From Vicugna vicugna (lineage: Eukaryota), in contig MU058221.1 in assembly GCA_013265495.1 (NCBI GenBank), forward strand, positions 5,936,066 through 5,974,883: DNA of 38,818 bases. The letters run 5' to 3'. Below are positions 35,588 through 38,818 of this stretch, piece by piece. Below the pieces are notes generated by a model that saw only the letters and a list, made by a program, of their open reading frames with translations, had not been told where the DNA came from and made no database searches. Both the position numbers and the translations under genes were made by a program. Within the stretch, counting starts at the first letter, position 1; every line of letters starts with the position of its first letter.

Positions 35588-35947
35588 CCACACTCAGCTG
35601 AGTTCCCTTCCCAAAGGTCAAGTCGGGGTTCCCGACGGTCATGCAGAAGTAGACGCCACTGTCGGCAGGCTTCACATTTAGGAGGCTGAGAGTGTACCGG
35701 GATGAATTTCGAAACGCAGTTAGCTTCTCCGGCGTCACCTCCTTGCCGTACACAGTCTTTTTGGTGGGGTCCCAGAAGGCCAGGAACTCGTAGTGACTGC
35801 CAGCGCTCAGGGCCTGGTGCCGTCTCAGCCAGTAGATGCGCACGTTAGTGGGGAAGGTTTTGGCCTCGCAGGTCAGCATCACCCTGTGGTTGGTCTGAAC
35901 CATCAGGACCTCAGGGTTCTGCAGGAGTGCGGAGCTGCCGCCGAGAG
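35588..35947 (-). CDS. CD8B: CD8B exon 2 (Ig V-set domain), 360 nt
   Basis: Acceptor ...CTCCTGCCTCCCATAG| and donor GTGG|GTAAG. Encodes (A)LGGSSALLQNPEVLMVQTNHRVMLTCEAK...IYW...DSGVYFC...FGKGTQLSV, with the V-set Cys, Trp, DxGxYxC and J-like FGxG motifs. Overlaps ORF 35574..35903. Confidence 0.98.
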
Positions 35948-37309
35948 CTATGGGAGGCAGGAGGAGCAGAGACCATCAGCCTGTTTTCTTGGCCACATTT
36001 GTAGGGCCTCAGAATCACCCTGAGCCAAGTATGAGGGGAGAAGCTCTGAAAGAGCCTGCCTGGTTGCAGAGCCTGGATGAAATGCAGCTGGTGGCCTCTG
36101 GACTCAGAGCTTAGCACCCCACCCCCCAGGAGACCATCTGCCAGGCAGGTGTCACGATGCCAGCCTGACAAAGGCGACAAGGCAGAGAGCACCGCTGTGG
36201 ATTGCCTGCTGATGTGCTTGGCTTGCTGCACAAATTACCGCAGTCAAGCCTCAAACTTACTTTGGGATTTTTATTCCCATTACACAGATGAAGAACTGAG
36301 GCATGAAATGACTTGTTCAACGTCCCACTTACAGCTAGTGAGTGGCCTGCAGTCAAAGTCAAGGCTTCAGGGTGAAGTCAAAGCCGGATTGCCTTTCACC
36401 ATGTCCTGCTGCCGCTCTACGCTCAGGCCTTCAAGAGGCTCCGAGCAGCTGGAGGAGGCCCAGGGCGAGCTGGGAGAGGGGCTCGGAATCGCCCGCAGAG
36501 CACGTGGCTGGTGGGGCCAACCTATAGGAGGGCCAGCCACCGTTTCTGGACAGTGACAACAACCAGCCAGAGGAACTCCCTGTCCCCTGGTAGGCACAAT
36601 TATAGCCCATTCCTCCCCAACTCAGGTACCATCGGTTGGTCTCTGGATCTCCATTCCCAAGGGGAAGGACAGACTCCCAGAAGCAGTGGCGGGAGTTCAT
36701 TTTTGTCTTACATGGGAAGCACTGGGAGGTGGGGGATGGTTCAGGAGAACCAGAGCCGAGCTCCCAGACCCGGCCTTGAACCCAGCCTGTGCGCCGCACA
36801 GTTGTGGGACCTCGGGCCAGTCAGGGAGCCTGTCTCCTCCCCGTAAACGGAGGGCGGCCTATGCTGCTGCATGGGAGACTTAGAATGTCGGACGGAGGAA
36901 GCACTGCAAACTGGAAAGCGCTGTACGCGGGTAAATAAACTGTCTGTGCATCTCACACCTCGGGGGTTGTTTCTGGCAGCAAACGAAATCTTAAAGGAGA
37001 AGGTTAGAGTGGGTCCTTCACGGCCAAGGCCAAGAAATCGAATCTGACTGGTAAGCCTTTCGTTTTAGCTGTGGGGCAGGGGAGACCCTGCAGACCAGGA
37101 CAGAGACCCAAGGGCATCGAGGCTCGGAGAGAACACAGACCCAGGGGGTCAGAGGAGGCCAGAGTGTGTGCGTGTGTGCGCGTGCACCCAAGAGGAGCTG
37201 GCTTTCTCAGGTGATGGCCCAAGTTCACAACCTTGCCCGTACTTTTCAGCAGAGTAGAGCTTCCTCGTTGTTTTGGGTCACTGCTCTCTTGGGGGACGTA
37301 ATAGAATCG

Positions 37310-37510
37310 ATTATACCAGTGTTTACTGAGCTGTCCAAACACGATATGCGCCTTATCCCATTTAATCCCAAATCCTGCAGAGAAGATACGCTCATTTTAT
37401 ACCCATTTTACACATGAGGAACTCAGAAAGGTTAAGGACCTGGTCCAGGTCACACAGCGTCTATACGGTGGATCTGGATTTAAACCCAGAACCTGAGCTT
37501 TGAGCCACTC
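37310..37510. mobile_element. MIR SINE in CD8B intron 1
   Basis: cccattttacacatgaggaactcagaaaggttaaggacctggtccaggtcacacagc...ggatttaaacccag. Confidence 0.75.
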
Positions 37511-38549
37511 CCTGAATCGAGGAAACCCGTCGTGATCCTCTCTGGGATGTCACTCATGCACTCGTGTGCACACAGTGGGGCTGCAAATACACAGACTCCC
37601 AGGGCCCCTCCATGAAAGCCCAGATGGGATCCCCCCAGAGGCAGAGGGCTCAGAAGGGGCCTTGGGTTCTCTGTGTACGTGCCCCCCCCGAGTCGTTACT
37701 GAAGACTTCCTGGCTGAGAAGCACCCTGATCTCTCTCTCATGCCCACCTGCTTTTCAGCCCCTGGAGAATGAACCCCATCTGCCCACCGGACCCAGAGCC
37801 AGGCCTTGCCACCCCGTGGTCTCATGTGATTCTCTTGGTCCTCTCACTCAGTCCTGATCCCACTCTCAGAGGGACCTGCTGTTTCTAAAATAATCAGCAA
37901 TAATGCTGGTAGCTTGGAATGGCCCGGACTAGCTTCTGCCTGAGCTGTGGCTGGGTTCACTGGGTCCCAGCTGGGGCTGGCAGGCCTGGTCACCCTCCAC
38001 AGCTTCGGGCTGTTTGGACAAGAGAGCAAATCGACCACAGGTTAGTGGCAGTTAGGAGTGTGGAGGGGCTTCTCCTAAAAGCCAGTCTGACTGGGCTTGG
38101 TCAGAGGGACAGACTCCCCACAATATTCTAACTCCGACATGCCAACCCCATCGCTGCTTCTTCCGGGAGCCACCGGCCCACGACACCCAACCCCAGGGGA
38201 TCCTGGGGAAACAGGGGTTCCCGAGGGAGCACCCTGCCCTACCTGTCTGAGAACTGGCAGCAGGCTCGTATTTGGTGGACTGTACTACAGACACGTCCCC
38301 AGAAGTAATAAAACTGTGTCTACAGAACCCTGGGCCAAGCGGTGGGCACCAAAGCCAGAACTGGGCCCTGGCCTCTTCCTGGGGACACATCTGGCCAGAT
38401 CCTGGACAAGGGCATTTTTCCTTCCTCTCGGGGCCTCCTCCCTCTCTTTTCTTCCTCCCCATCTCCTTCCTCCTTCCCCTCTCCCTCCTCTTTTCCTGTG
38501 TCCCGTTCTCCAAGGTTCAGGCTTTTGTACAGAGGTGGCCTCAGTCCTG

Positions 38550-38818
38550 GGGCTCCCGGGGTCCCAGGGGTGTGGCTGCCGCGCTGCCTCCCGGGTGTCC
38601 CCGCAGTCTGGGGCTCTGGGCTCAGCATCCTACAGGGACAGCTCTCCCCAAGCTCCACGGGTGCAGGCTCTGCCTGAGTCCAGCGCAGACCGCCTGCTCG
38701 GCCCCGCGGGCAGGATGGTTCCCCGACTTACCTGCCAGCTGCGCAGCGAGGAGGAGCCAGAGACTCCGCTGCATCTTGGAAGGACACCTGGTCCCCGCGG
38801 GCCTCGGGGCTGAGACGG
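38550..38818 (-). promoter_or_regulatory. GC/CpG-rich CD8B 5' region (5' UTR, exon 1, start of intron 1); the promoter proper runs off the window end
   Basis: High GC content and frequent CpG around the ATG at 38774. Confidence 0.65.
38732..38774 (-). CDS. CD8B: CD8B exon 1 (signal peptide), 43 nt coding
   Basis: Minus strand reads ccaagATG CAG CGG AGT CTC TGG CTC CTC CTC GCT GCG CAG CTG GCA G|GTAAGT = MQRSLWLLLAAQLA. This resembles the human CD8B leader (MRPRLWLLLAAQLT). It has A at -3 and a canonical phase-1 donor. Confidence 0.96.

Noticed and set aside
38097..38813. 238-aa plus-strand ORF antisense to CD8B exon 1
   Set aside because: Non-ATG start, GC-rich and low-complexity sequence, no recognisable homology.

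Overview
Mammalian genomic DNA covering the CD8B gene and the CD8B-CD8A intergenic region. The species is most likely a camelid: it carries tRNA-derived SINEs of the Vic-1 type, and I saw no Alu, Bov-A/tA or PRE elements. The complete CD8B coding sequence lies on the minus strand in six exons (38774-38732, 35947-35588, 32120-32031, 29392-29303, 27645-27609, 25269-25257). These total 633 nt (210 aa plus stop), all introns are GT-AG, and a poly(A) signal sits at 24553-24548. The CD8A coding exons are not in the window. A CpG-rich region at about 2.7-5.3 kb appears to hold the distal non-coding 5' exons and promoter of CD8A. The rest is candidate T-cell enhancer sequence plus decayed LINE-1, MIR, LTR, hAT-Charlie and SINE copies, several with clear target-site duplications. 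Nearly all listed ORFs other than those overlapping CD8B exons look spurious. I see no evidence of a wholly new multi-gene system. The best leads are: a conserved but truncated M-2-type CD8B splice acceptor; a possible in-frame distal CD8B tail exon at about 11.2 kb; a duplicated enhancer-like module at 11.9/13.1 kb; and a MIR overlapping the putative distal CD8A start site.
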